DNA of 64,000 nt. Origin: Actinomycetes bacterium. GTDB lineage: Bacteria > Actinomycetota > Thermoleophilia > Solirubrobacterales > Solirubrobacteraceae. Shown here one piece after another: positions 27,666 through 37,427 of the stretch. A program made the translations under genes and the position numbers. The stretch spans positions 3,493-67,492 of the forward strand of contig JAJZDA010000001.1 of NCBI GenBank assembly GCA_021851525.1, read 5' to 3'. How positions within the stretch are numbered: the stretch's first letter is position 1; every line of letters begins with the position of its first letter. A model generated the notes under the pieces. The model made no database searches. It was not told where the DNA came from and worked only from the letters and a program-made list of their open reading frames with translations.

Positions 27666-30600
27666 TGTCGCACGACCTCAGCAACCCGATTCTCAACTCG
27701 CCCTACCACCCACCGGAGGCGCATTTCGAACTGGGCGAGCACGGCCCCACGGGGAACGTGCTGCCAGGGCGCCGGCCGAGCGAGTCGTTCATTCCGATTC
27801 CTGTCAGCCGGAAGGGCGGCAAGGCTAGTGCCGACGCCCTGACGCTGGACTTCGACGTAACGGGCGAGCGGCGCGAGCAGAACACGCTCATCAACGACAT
27901 CCGTCGCGAGGTCGAGAGGTGGCGGGCGAACAACTGGAATGGCGTGACGCCGTACACCAGGAAGCTATTGCTGTACTGGAGCGATCGCGAGGAGCCGGTG
28001 CTGTTCTGCCAGCGTGAAGCCGTCGAGACGGCGATCTTCCTGACAGAGGTCGCCGGACGCCACGGCACCGCCGACTACCGCCGGCGGATCGAGCCAGAGA
28101 ACGCGCTGCACAACGACGGCCTCCCTCGTGTGGGCATGAAGATGGCGACCGGAACCGGAAAGACCGTGGTCATGGCGATGCTGATCGCCTGGCTGACCGT
28201 CAACAAGGTGCACGCCCCTCGTGACGCCCGCTTCGCAAAGCGCTTCCTGGTCGTCGCGCCCGGCATCACGATTCGCGATCGGCTCGGCGTTCTGCGGCCG
28301 GAGCGAGAGGACAGCTACTACCGCGAACGCGACCTTGTCCCGCACGATCTCTGGGAGGCAGTGCTGCAAGCACGGGTCGAGATCGTGAATTACCACACGT
28401 TCCTGCCCAAGGACGCGAAGGAGATCAAGGGCGTCGCTAAGACGACCCGTGCGCTCCTGCGGGGGAATAAGTCCGACGATGCCGACGCGTTCAAGGAGAC
28501 GCCGGAGCTCGTGTCGGCACGCATTCTGAAGCGGTTCGGCACCGGCAAGGGCGAGATCGTCGTTCTGAACGACGAGGCGCACCACTGCTACCAGGACAAG
28601 CTTCTTGAGCATCCGGACGAGAGCGCCGAGAAGGAAGACGAAGAGCGCAACCGCGAGGCCCGAGTCTGGTTCCGCGGCATCGCCGACCTCCACAAGCAGG
28701 TGGGCATCAAGACCATCTACGACCTCTCGGCGACGCCGTACTATCTCAAGGGCTCCGGCTACAACGAGGGCTTCATCTTCCCCTGGGTGATCAGCGACTT
28801 CTCGCTCATGGACGCCATCGAGTCGGGGATCGTCAAGGTCCCGCGGATTCCGGTCGATGACGACGCGCCCGAGAAAGGGCTCGCCTACCGCGACCTCTGG
28901 GACAAGATCGACCCGCCGCTCCCGAAGAAAATCAAGAAGGACGTCGACGTTGGCGCGGCCGGCTGGGCGCCCCCGCTCGTTCTCGAGGGTGCCCTGCGCA
29001 GCCTCTACAAGAGCTACGAGCAGAACCACGTCGCGTTCGAGGCTGAGCTTGCCGCTCTCGGCGAACCGCCTCCCGTGATGATCATCGTCTGCCCAAACAC
29101 GGTCGTGTCGAAGCTCGTCTTCGATTGGGTCGCGGGACGCGAGTTCGAGAAGGACGATGGGACCACGCAGCTTGTGCCGGGCAACCTCGCGCTGCTAAGC
29201 AACGTCGTGGAAGGTGCCTGGACGACGAGGCAGCGAACGCTGCTCATCGACTCGGCGCAGCTTGAATCGGGTGAACCACTTACGGCGGACTTCAAGCAGG
29301 CTGCGGCCCTCGAGATCGTCGCGTTCAAGCGTGCGTACATGGCCCGAAATCCCGGCGCCGACCCGGAGAAGCTGACCGACGCCGACCTTCTGCGCGAGGC
29401 GATGAACACCATCGGCAAGAAGGGCAAGCTCGGCGAGCACATCCGCTGTGTGGTGTCAGTCTCGATGCTCACCGAGGGGTGGGACGCGAACACGGTCACC
29501 CACATCCTCGGCGTCCGGCCATTCCGCAGCCAGCTCCTTTGCGAGCAGGTCGTGGGTCGCGGTCTGCGGCGCCGCAGCTACGCGATCGATGAGTCGACGG
29601 GCCACCTTTCACCCGAGTACGCCGAGGTCTACGGTGTCCCGTTCACGTTTCTCCCCGGCGACAAGACGGTGCCGAAGGGACCCGAACCGCGACCGGCGGT
29701 CGAGGTTCGTGCCCTATTTGATCGAGCGGATCTTCGGATCGCGTTCCCGAAGCTCGACGGCTACCGCGTGGAGCTCCCCGACGAGGACCTCGAGCCAGGA
29801 TTCGACGAGGATTCGCGGCTTGAACTGACACCCGAGTCGGTCGCGCTGTGGGTCAAGAGTCGCGGCATCGTCGGCGCTGATGCTGAAATCGACCTCGAAG
29901 AAGTGAGGCACGCACGCCCCCAGCAAGTCGCCTACGCCATCGCGAAGGAGCTGGTCACCCGCGAGCAGTATTTCGCCGCGATGGATGCCGTTGAGAAGCC
30001 GTGGTTGTTTCCACGGCTCGTTGCGATCACACGCGAGTGGCTTGAAGACTGGGTACAACCTGCGGATGGCGCAACGGTTGGGTTCCTCCTTCTCGCGCAG
30101 GCGCGTGCGCAGGCCGCCGAGAAAGTCTTCGGATCGATCGTGCGTCGGCCCGGAAGCCGCGCACCCCTCGTCATGCCGATCATCCGTCGCTTTGACCCAG
30201 AGGGAAGCACAGACGAGGTGCGGTTTCTGACGCGCAAGGTCGTGATGGATCCACCACCGACCAAGTCCCCTCTGAACCACGTCGTGCTGGATGGGGTTCG
30301 GGGCAACTCATGGGAGGAGGCCCTCGCATTCTTGCTCGAGCGCGACGCCCGCGTCTCGTCGTATGTCAAGAACGAGCGGCTCGGCTTCACGATCCCATAT
30401 GTCCATCAAGGCTCGACGCATGAGTATGTTCCAGACTTCTTGGTTCGGCTCCAGCCCGACGACGACGACGTTCAGCGCACCTTGATCATCGAGGTCTCGG
30501 GCACTCTCAAGTCGAAGAAGGCAGCCGCCGCCAAGGCCACGACCGCTCGCGACCAGTGGTGCGCCGCGGTCAACAACTGGGGACAGTTCGGCGTGTGGGG

Positions 30601-30709
30601 GTACGTCGAGATCGGCGACCCAACAAAGGCCGATCAGGCCTACGCCGTCGATGCGGCGATCCAGAAGCTGTACACGAACGACCGCGACCTCCTAGGCGTG
30701 GCGAGGTAG
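27665..30709 (+). CDS. res: Type III restriction enzyme Res subunit (DEAH helicase + nuclease)
   Basis: KMATGTGKT, LNDEAHH, VSMLTEGWD, QVVGRGLRR, YVPDFLV...IIEVSG; TGATG overlap with the upstream stop. Confidence 0.9.
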   Translation: MSHDLSNPILNSPYHPPEAHFELGEHGPTGNVLPGRRPSESFIPIPVSRKGGKASADALTLDFDVTGERREQNTLINDIRREVERWRANNWNGVTPYTRKLLLYWSDREEPVLFCQREAVETAIFLTEVAGRHGTADYRRRIEPENALHNDGLPRVGMKMATGTGKTVVMAMLIAWLTVNKVHAPRDARFAKRFLVVAPGITIRDRLGVLRPEREDSYYRERDLVPHDLWEAVLQARVEIVNYHTFLPKDAKEIKGVAKTTRALLRGNKSDDADAFKETPELVSARILKRFGTGKGEIVVLNDEAHHCYQDKLLEHPDESAEKEDEERNREARVWFRGIADLHKQVGIKTIYDLSATPYYLKGSGYNEGFIFPWVISDFSLMDAIESGIVKVPRIPVDDDAPEKGLAYRDLWDKIDPPLPKKIKKDVDVGAAGWAPPLVLEGALRSLYKSYEQNHVAFEAELAALGEPPPVMIIVCPNTVVSKLVFDWVAGREFEKDDGTTQLVPGNLALLSNVVEGAWTTRQRTLLIDSAQLESGEPLTADFKQAAALEIVAFKRAYMARNPGADPEKLTDADLLREAMNTIGKKGKLGEHIRCVVSVSMLTEGWDANTVTHILGVRPFRSQLLCEQVVGRGLRRRSYAIDESTGHLSPEYAEVYGVPFTFLPGDKTVPKGPEPRPAVEVRALFDRADLRIAFPKLDGYRVELPDEDLEPGFDEDSRLELTPESVALWVKSRGIVGADAEIDLEEVRHARPQQVAYAIAKELVTREQYFAAMDAVEKPWLFPRLVAITREWLEDWVQPADGATVGFLLLAQARAQAAEKVFGSIVRRPGSRAPLVMPIIRRFDPEGSTDEVRFLTRKVVMDPPPTKSPLNHVVLDGVRGNSWEEALAFLLERDARVSSYVKNERLGFTIPYVHQGSTHEYVPDFLVRLQPDDDDVQRTLIIEVSGTLKSKKAAAAKATTARDQWCAAVNNWGQFGVWGYVEIGDPTKADQAYAVDAAIQKLYTNDRDLLGVAR

Positions 30710-30719
30710 GAAGAGAGGC

Positions 30720-33404
30720 ATGGCGAGAACGAAAGCAACTGGGCCAACTCCGGTGGACGCAATCACCCACGCCGACAAGCGAGCAAATATTCCGACGGCG
30801 GACGCCCACGAATTCGTCGCACCAGAGGTCGAGCAGCCCCGGCCGGTCCGTTACAAACGCGACCCGACGCTCGACCCACAGCTCGTCTGGAAGGGTAAAG
30901 ACGAGCTGGACAGCGAGGACCTCGTGGCCGACGCGCCACCGATCTACATCCAGGAGAAGATCGACCCGCGCGTCCTGATCGAGAACCTTCGCAGGACTGC
31001 CGAGCGCCCGGAGGACGAGCCCGAGCTGACGTTGTTCGAGTCGTTCGATGGACTCGGCGAGATGGATCTTGTCGACTTCTACCGCCACGAGGCCAACTGG
31101 TCGAATCGAATGATCCTCGGCGACTCGTTGAACGTCATGGCGAGTCTTGCCGAGCGGGAGGCACTTCGCGGCAAGGTCCAAATGATCTACATCGACCCGC
31201 CGTACGGCATCAAATTCGGATCGAACTGGCAGTCGTCGGCGCGCAAGCGCGATGTCAAGGACGGCAGACTGGCTGACGCTACGCGAGAGGTCGAGCAGAT
31301 TAAGGCGTTCCGCGACACCTGGGAACTTGGAATCCACTCCTATCTCAGCTATCTACGCGACAGGCTCTTCGCAGCACGCGAACTCCTCACGGAGAGCGGT
31401 TCCGCGTTCGTCCAGATCGGCGACGAAAACGTCCATCTAGTTCGTTCTCTGATGGATGAGGTGTTCGGGAGCGAGAACGCTGTCGCCTTAATCCCATTTG
31501 CCAAGACGAGCGGACAGTCGGGCGGCGCTGTCAGCGGCGTTGTCGATTACCTCGTTTGGTACGCGCGTTCGATTGAAGCCATGAAGTCGCGGAGTCTGTT
31601 CATGCCTCGTGAACCAATCGAGGAGCCGACCGAACGCTACGTGTGTGTGGAAACGCCTGACGGTGAGATCATCGACCTTTCGTATGCGCAGAAGGCCGGA
31701 ACAGCCCCGCTTCCGGAGGGCCGCATCCTCCGCCTGCTCGACGTGACTTCGCAGACTGGAAGCGAGAACAGTCGTTGGCCCATCGAGTTCGACGGAATGA
31801 CCTTTCGGCCAACCGGAACCCGTGGCTGGTCCTTTAGTCAGGAGGGGTTCAAGCGCCTTGTCGCCGGCGGGTTGGTGCACCGGGTTGGTAAGACACTCAC
31901 TTGGAAGTACTTCCGCGACTGGTTTCCTTTCCGACCGCTCACCAACGTATGGACAGACCTTCGACCGTCCGGGTTTGGCCAGAAGCGGACATATGTAGTT
32001 GAAACGGCGCCAGATGTCGTCGCACGGTGCATGTTGTTGACGACTGATCCCGGTGACCTAGTGCTCGATCCAACATGCGGCTCAGGAACCACCGCCACCG
32101 TTGCTGAGCATTGGGGTCGCCGATGGATCACGATCGACACTTCGCGCGTTGCGCTTGCGCTGGCTCGCGAACGGCTCATGAGCGCCCGCTATCCCTACTA
32201 CCTCCTCAGCGACTCGCCTGAAGGCCGGGCCAAAGAAAGCGAGGTTGCTGACACGCCGCTGCCGCCCGCGTCGACGACTGGTGATGTTCGGCAGGGGTTC
32301 GTCTATGAGCGCGCCCGGCGAGTGAGTTTGAAATCGATCGTCAACAACCCCGACCTTATGGACGGCATGACGAGGGAAGAAGTGGATGAGGTGATTCGGC
32401 GGCATGCTGACTCTGAACTCTTGTACGACCGACCCTACGAGGACAAGAGGAAGATCCGCGTTGCGGGCCCGTTCACCGTGGAGAGCCTGTCGCCTCATCG
32501 ATCGCTCGGGTTCGCTGGCAGCGCGGTCGACGAGTCTGGCGCAGTAAATGTGGACGCCGTTCCGGATGCTGGCCACGGCGATTCGGGCTTTGAACAGTCG
32601 ATCATGGCCAATCTTCAGGCGGCTGGGATTCAGAACGGTCGCAAGAACGAACGCCTTGACCTTGACAGCGTCGAGCCATACGCGGGCACGTACATCCAGG
32701 CGGTGGGCGCGCGCGAAAGCGCTTCCGAGGGGATACCGAGGCGCATCGGTATTACGATCGGTCCTCAGTATGGGACGGTGGGTCCCGCCTTCGTGAAGGC
32801 CGCAGCCCGCGAGGCGATTCAGGACACAAGTCTCGACCTTCTCTGCATTCTTGCCTTTGCATTCGACCCACAGGTCGTCGGAGTACAGGACGACTATGCG
32901 GCATCACCTGACGGCTTTGCGGAGGTCGCAGCTGAACGCAAGCTGGGTCGGATTCCGGTTCTGCTCGTACGCATGAATGCGGACCTCGTAATGGGTGAGG
33001 CGCTCAAGAAGACAGGTGCCGGCAATCTGTTCACCGTGTTCGGCGAGCCAGACATTGAGCTTCGGACGGACGGTGACGAGGTGCGGGTCGAGCTGAAGGG
33101 CGTTGACGTCTATGACCCGAACACGGGCGAACTGCGGAGCGGCGACACAAGCCAGATCGCTCTCTGGATGATCGACTCGGATTACGATGGGGAGTCGTTC
33201 TTCGTGCGGCATTGCTACTTCACGGGCACGCAGAAACCCTACGAGAAGCTCAAGAAGGCGCTCAAGGCGGAGATCGATGAGAATGCGTGGGCCGAGCTCT
33301 ACGGCACCGTTTCACGACCGTTCGCGAGACCCAACACAGAGCGGATTGCTGTGAAGGTCATTAACGACTACGGCGACGAGGTTCTCAAGGTCTTCAACCT
33401 GTGA
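30720..33404 (+). CDS. mod: Type III Mod / N6-adenine DNA methyltransferase
   Basis: YIDPPYG (motif IV) before VLDPTCGSGTT (motif I), beta-class order; 10 bp after res. Confidence 0.92.
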   Translation: MARTKATGPTPVDAITHADKRANIPTADAHEFVAPEVEQPRPVRYKRDPTLDPQLVWKGKDELDSEDLVADAPPIYIQEKIDPRVLIENLRRTAERPEDEPELTLFESFDGLGEMDLVDFYRHEANWSNRMILGDSLNVMASLAEREALRGKVQMIYIDPPYGIKFGSNWQSSARKRDVKDGRLADATREVEQIKAFRDTWELGIHSYLSYLRDRLFAARELLTESGSAFVQIGDENVHLVRSLMDEVFGSENAVALIPFAKTSGQSGGAVSGVVDYLVWYARSIEAMKSRSLFMPREPIEEPTERYVCVETPDGEIIDLSYAQKAGTAPLPEGRILRLLDVTSQTGSENSRWPIEFDGMTFRPTGTRGWSFSQEGFKRLVAGGLVHRVGKTLTWKYFRDWFPFRPLTNVWTDLRPSGFGQKRTYVVETAPDVVARCMLLTTDPGDLVLDPTCGSGTTATVAEHWGRRWITIDTSRVALALARERLMSARYPYYLLSDSPEGRAKESEVADTPLPPASTTGDVRQGFVYERARRVSLKSIVNNPDLMDGMTREEVDEVIRRHADSELLYDRPYEDKRKIRVAGPFTVESLSPHRSLGFAGSAVDESGAVNVDAVPDAGHGDSGFEQSIMANLQAAGIQNGRKNERLDLDSVEPYAGTYIQAVGARESASEGIPRRIGITIGPQYGTVGPAFVKAAAREAIQDTSLDLLCILAFAFDPQVVGVQDDYAASPDGFAEVAAERKLGRIPVLLVRMNADLVMGEALKKTGAGNLFTVFGEPDIELRTDGDEVRVELKGVDVYDPNTGELRSGDTSQIALWMIDSDYDGESFFVRHCYFTGTQKPYEKLKKALKAEIDENAWAELYGTVSRPFARPNTERIAVKVINDYGDEVLKVFNL

Positions 33405-33430
33405 CGTGGCAGCGCCCGGCTTGTGCCGCG

Positions 33431-36169
33431 CTACCGCTTCGCATGTCGGCAAATGGTCCTCACCTCACACCGCACGCAGGCGGCGCCGGGGTTCGGCGCG
33501 TAGTCGCGAGCCTTGATCCGATCCGCGGCAGCGGTCACGGTGGCTTCGGCGCTGGCGATGTCGACACTTGTGACGCCGATCGGATCACGAGCTGCCTTCT
33601 TAAGATCGTGGACGAACGCGGCGCGGACATCGAGCCCCTCCCGTAGACCAGCGTTCGCATAGACCTGCAGCTGGAGCGCGTGATCGAGCGCCGAGCCTCT
33701 AACTGACGTCTTGTAGTCCACCAGCGCCAGCGCAGTCGGTACGCCGCCCTCGTGATCGAGGATCACGTCAGCGCGGCCGCTCACTGTGACGCCATCAAGA
33801 TGAAGCTCGAACGGACGCTCGGTTTCCCAGATGCGATGCAGATCGGCCTCGTGCTTCGTCGCGTAGGTCGTGATCAGTCGCCTCGCTGCGTCCTTGAGCT
33901 GGCGATGCGCGACCTTGTTCGCCGTCGGCAGAAAGAAGCTCGAGTCCAAGATGGCGTCGATCTCTGGCGGGGTGGGGATCTTGCCGGTAGTGCGCGTCGT
34001 CTCGGCGATAGATCGGAGCACGTGGTGGACCGCCTTGCCGTAGCCGAGTTCCGGCGCAAGACGCGGTTGGAAGCCGATGAGGTTGCGCAGCCGGTAGGCC
34101 ATCCCGCACTCGAGGAACGCCGCCAACTCGCTGAACGTGATGTCGAGGCTGGCGTCGTTGTCTGAGTCCGTCGCTTCGATCGTCGGAAAGGCTATGGCGT
34201 TGACGTCAACCGCGTGCGCCGACAGCTCTGCGTGGTAGGGGCTCTGAGCGACTCGTTGCGTCGTGACGCGTTCGTGGCGGGACACAGACAGCCAGTCGCG
34301 CGCTCGCGTTATGGCCACGTAGAACAGGCGACGCTCGTCCGTGTCGGTTCCCTCGTAGCGGGGGGCATCGAACATGCTCCTAGGCACCAGCCAGTCTTGG
34401 ACCTCGCCGGTGCGGGAGGATGGGAAGCGCTTGGCCGTCATCGCAGGCACGACGACGACTGGCCATTCGAGACCCTTGGCGCGGTGAACCGTGGTGAGGT
34501 CAATCGCGTTGAGTGCGAAGTCGTCCTCGCCGTCGAAGCCTTCGTAGGCGCCTTGGGCGTAGTTGATGATGTGAAGCGCCAGGTTGCGGTAGTACCACGT
34601 ACCACGGGTCTCGCCCCCGACCTGCTCGCCGTCGGCGTCGGCGTCGGGGCGAGCCCGCCGGCGCACCGACTCGTAGTCCGCGAGGAGGGCGGAGAATCGA
34701 GCGAGCGTGCCCAGCCGGTTGACGGCGAGCACGTCCGTCAGATCCCAGTCACGGACGGCGAGCACATCGAGCAGCTCGTACAGCTCGCCGACGAGATCGG
34801 CGTTCCGATCCGTGCGCGGGACCGCTGCCTTCCAATCGCGAAGTGCCTCCCGGACTCGCTTTCGACGCGCCCCGTCGAGTGAGAAGATGGCTTGATAGCC
34901 GTCGAGGATGTCTCGCTCGGAAAGCCGAACTCCGCGTTGGTATGGCTCGCGCCACTCGACGTCGCTCAGCCAGGCCATGGTCTGGCCGAGGAGTCGGCCC
35001 TCTGGCTGATCGAAAAGACCGGTGCGCCCGCCAGGCTGAACGGGAATCCCGAAAGTGGCGAACTGCTCGGTCAGCTTTGCGTAGGAGGCTCGTCCCCGGA
35101 CAAGGACGGCGATGTCCTTCGGTGGAACCCCGTCCTCGATCAGACGGTCGATGAGCCACGCGATTTGGCCGGCCTCATCGGTTGAGGTGTTCTCCGTCCA
35201 TACGACGACGCTTGGCTTCGCGCCCCCGGAAGGTCGGAAAGGCAGCATGGCTTTCGGAAGCCGGCCGAGGATGGTCTCGGCGAATTGGTTGGCGGTTTCG
35301 ATGATCCCCGGGCGTGATCGGCGGTTCATGGTGATCTCGAACGTCGCAACGGCGTCGTAGCGAGTCGAAAACGTCACGATGTTGCTGACGTCGGACCCGC
35401 GCCACTGGTAGATCGCCTGCTGGTCATCGCCTACGACGCAGAGCTCGACCGTCGGTCCTGTTAGGTGTTCGATCAGCCGCTCCTGCGCCGGGTTGACGTC
35501 CTGGTACTCGTCGACGATCAGATGGCGGAGCGTGGCGTGGATCTGCGCCGCGAGGGAAGAGTCCTCCAGCTCGCGCACGGCGCGGACGACCTGCTGCCCG
35601 TACGTGAGGAGCCGGTAACGCTCGAGTGTCTTGTAGTAGTCGCGGAGCACCGCTCCGAATGGCGGAGGCATAGCAGCGGGATCAAGCAGCTCGTTCTCGA
35701 CTACATCGACACCAGAGAGAAACGCGTCGATCGAGGCATACAGCCGGTCGCCCGGGTCGAGTTGCCGCATCTCGAGTCGGCGTGCCTCTCGGGACAGGAA
35801 GGCAGTCAGCTGGTTGTCATCGAGGACGTCATACGTCTCATAGCGAGGCACATGCTGTTGCAGTAGCCGGAAGCAGTAGGAATGGATCGTGCCAACGAAG
35901 AGGCCGTTTAGCCGGTCGAGTGCGCCTCGGCCAAGCCGTCCCTCGACACGGTCGATGATCCGGTCCTTCAATTCGGCGGCGGCGCGCTCGGTGAACGTGA
36001 ACGCGACGACTGCTTCGGGTGGTAAGCCCTCTGCCAGGAGGTCGACCACGCGCTGGGACACGACCTCGGTCTTGCCGGCTCCGGCCGAGGCGATGATCTG
36101 CATGTGGCTGCCCCGGTGGCGAACGGCCTCAAGCGCCGCCCCGCTGAGAATCGGCGCTTCGCGCGGCAT
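33431..36169 (-). CDS. UvrD/Rep helicase fused to C-terminal PD-(D/E)XK Fe-S nuclease
   Basis: ASAGAGKT, IVDEYQD, VGDDQQAIYQWRG, TVHRAKGLEW, FYVAITRAR; then ECG...GRADVI...VDYKT...CVRCEVRTIC. Confidence 0.9.
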   Translation of the reverse strand: MPREAPILSGAALEAVRHRGSHMQIIASAGAGKTEVVSQRVVDLLAEGLPPEAVVAFTFTERAAAELKDRIIDRVEGRLGRGALDRLNGLFVGTIHSYCFRLLQQHVPRYETYDVLDDNQLTAFLSREARRLEMRQLDPGDRLYASIDAFLSGVDVVENELLDPAAMPPPFGAVLRDYYKTLERYRLLTYGQQVVRAVRELEDSSLAAQIHATLRHLIVDEYQDVNPAQERLIEHLTGPTVELCVVGDDQQAIYQWRGSDVSNIVTFSTRYDAVATFEITMNRRSRPGIIETANQFAETILGRLPKAMLPFRPSGGAKPSVVVWTENTSTDEAGQIAWLIDRLIEDGVPPKDIAVLVRGRASYAKLTEQFATFGIPVQPGGRTGLFDQPEGRLLGQTMAWLSDVEWREPYQRGVRLSERDILDGYQAIFSLDGARRKRVREALRDWKAAVPRTDRNADLVGELYELLDVLAVRDWDLTDVLAVNRLGTLARFSALLADYESVRRRARPDADADGEQVGGETRGTWYYRNLALHIINYAQGAYEGFDGEDDFALNAIDLTTVHRAKGLEWPVVVVPAMTAKRFPSSRTGEVQDWLVPRSMFDAPRYEGTDTDERRLFYVAITRARDWLSVSRHERVTTQRVAQSPYHAELSAHAVDVNAIAFPTIEATDSDNDASLDITFSELAAFLECGMAYRLRNLIGFQPRLAPELGYGKAVHHVLRSIAETTRTTGKIPTPPEIDAILDSSFFLPTANKVAHRQLKDAARRLITTYATKHEADLHRIWETERPFELHLDGVTVSGRADVILDHEGGVPTALALVDYKTSVRGSALDHALQLQVYANAGLREGLDVRAAFVHDLKKAARDPIGVTSVDIASAEATVTAAADRIKARDYAPNPGAACVRCEVRTICRHAKR

Positions 36170-36295
36170 GGGACAAGCATGACGCCTCTACGAGCAACGC
36201 GTAGGGGTGGGCGGGCGATTGCCCCGACGCGTCACGTGCACTGACATTCCGACGACGGCGTTGCGCGACGCCGCCTGATCCGCGAGGCTCTGCGG

Positions 36296-37213
36296 ATAAC
36301 CGATCAGGATCACCTCATCCGCCGGGCTGCACTCGAGCACGTCAGGGCGCTCGCTCGGCACTACGACGACCTGGTGCCGCGCACGGCGCTACTTCAGGGC
36401 TTCACCTTCGCCGGCGAGCGCTGGAGCCTCGGCTCGCTCCAGAACGGGATCTACCGCCCGCGGCGCTTCGCCGGGCCTGCCGCGTTCACGCTGCTCACCG
36501 CCGCTCATGCGCCCGGTCAGCCGGCGCCGTACGACGACGACATCGATCCGGCGAGCGGCACGATCCTCTACCACTACCGCTCCGGCTCGATCGACCAGGC
36601 CGACAACCGTGCGCTGCGCGCCGCCTTCGTCGAGCAGGTGCCGCTGATCTACTTCATGGGCGTCGCGCCGGGCCAGCTCGTCGTGGTCGCTCCCGTGTAC
36701 GTGACGAGCGATGATCCGGCCGCCCGTGTGGTCACGCTCGAAGTCGGCCTCCCGCTCGCCGACACGACGCCGGCGGGGCTCGTCTCGCCTCCGGACGCAC
36801 GCGCTTATGCGCTGCGCGACGTGCGCATCCGGCTGCATCAGCAGCGCTTCCGAATCAACGTATTGCGGGCTTACCGCGAGCGCTGCGCGATCTGCACCCT
36901 GAAGGAGCCGGCGCTCGTCCAGGCCGCCCATATCATCGACGACCGCAGCCCCGAAGGGATCGCGGCGGTGATCAACGGGATTGCGCTATGCGCGATCCAC
37001 CACCTCGCGTACGACCGAAATCTGCTCGGCATCGACCCGGCCGGAGTCGTGCACATCGCCGGAAGGCTGTTGAACGAGGTCGACGGTCCCATGCTGAAGA
37101 CGGGCCTTCAGGGCTTCCACGGCCAGCCGATCGTTGTCCCGCGCCGCCTGGGGGACAGACCCGACCCGGTTCGACTTCAGACGCGATTCGATCTGTTCGT
37201 CGCGGCGGCGTAG
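36296..37213 (+). CDS. HNH endonuclease (restriction-type, HNH_2)
   Basis: CAIC...AAHII...NGIALCAIHHLAYD; frame is open upstream of GTG 36374, likely start ATA 36296 with GAGG 8 nt upstream. Confidence 0.85.
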   Translation: MTDQDHLIRRAALEHVRALARHYDDLVPRTALLQGFTFAGERWSLGSLQNGIYRPRRFAGPAAFTLLTAAHAPGQPAPYDDDIDPASGTILYHYRSGSIDQADNRALRAAFVEQVPLIYFMGVAPGQLVVVAPVYVTSDDPAARVVTLEVGLPLADTTPAGLVSPPDARAYALRDVRIRLHQQRFRINVLRAYRERCAICTLKEPALVQAAHIIDDRSPEGIAAVINGIALCAIHHLAYDRNLLGIDPAGVVHIAGRLLNEVDGPMLKTGLQGFHGQPIVVPRRLGDRPDPVRLQTRFDLFVAAA

Positions 37214-37427
37214 GGAAGCGCACTCGCCGGTGAGTCGGGCTTGCACGCGATGCTGCGCCGGTGCCTGGGATCGACTGTCTATCTGCCACCTCGCTACGGT
37301 GGGCGATCGCCTGGCAGTTGTTCGAGTCGGCTTGTAGCCGGTCGGCGGTGCGGACTGCGGCGAAGGGAGCACCTCGTCAATCTGATCCACGGCTTCCTGT
37401 GGGCAGACAGCCAACAGACGCTCGCGC

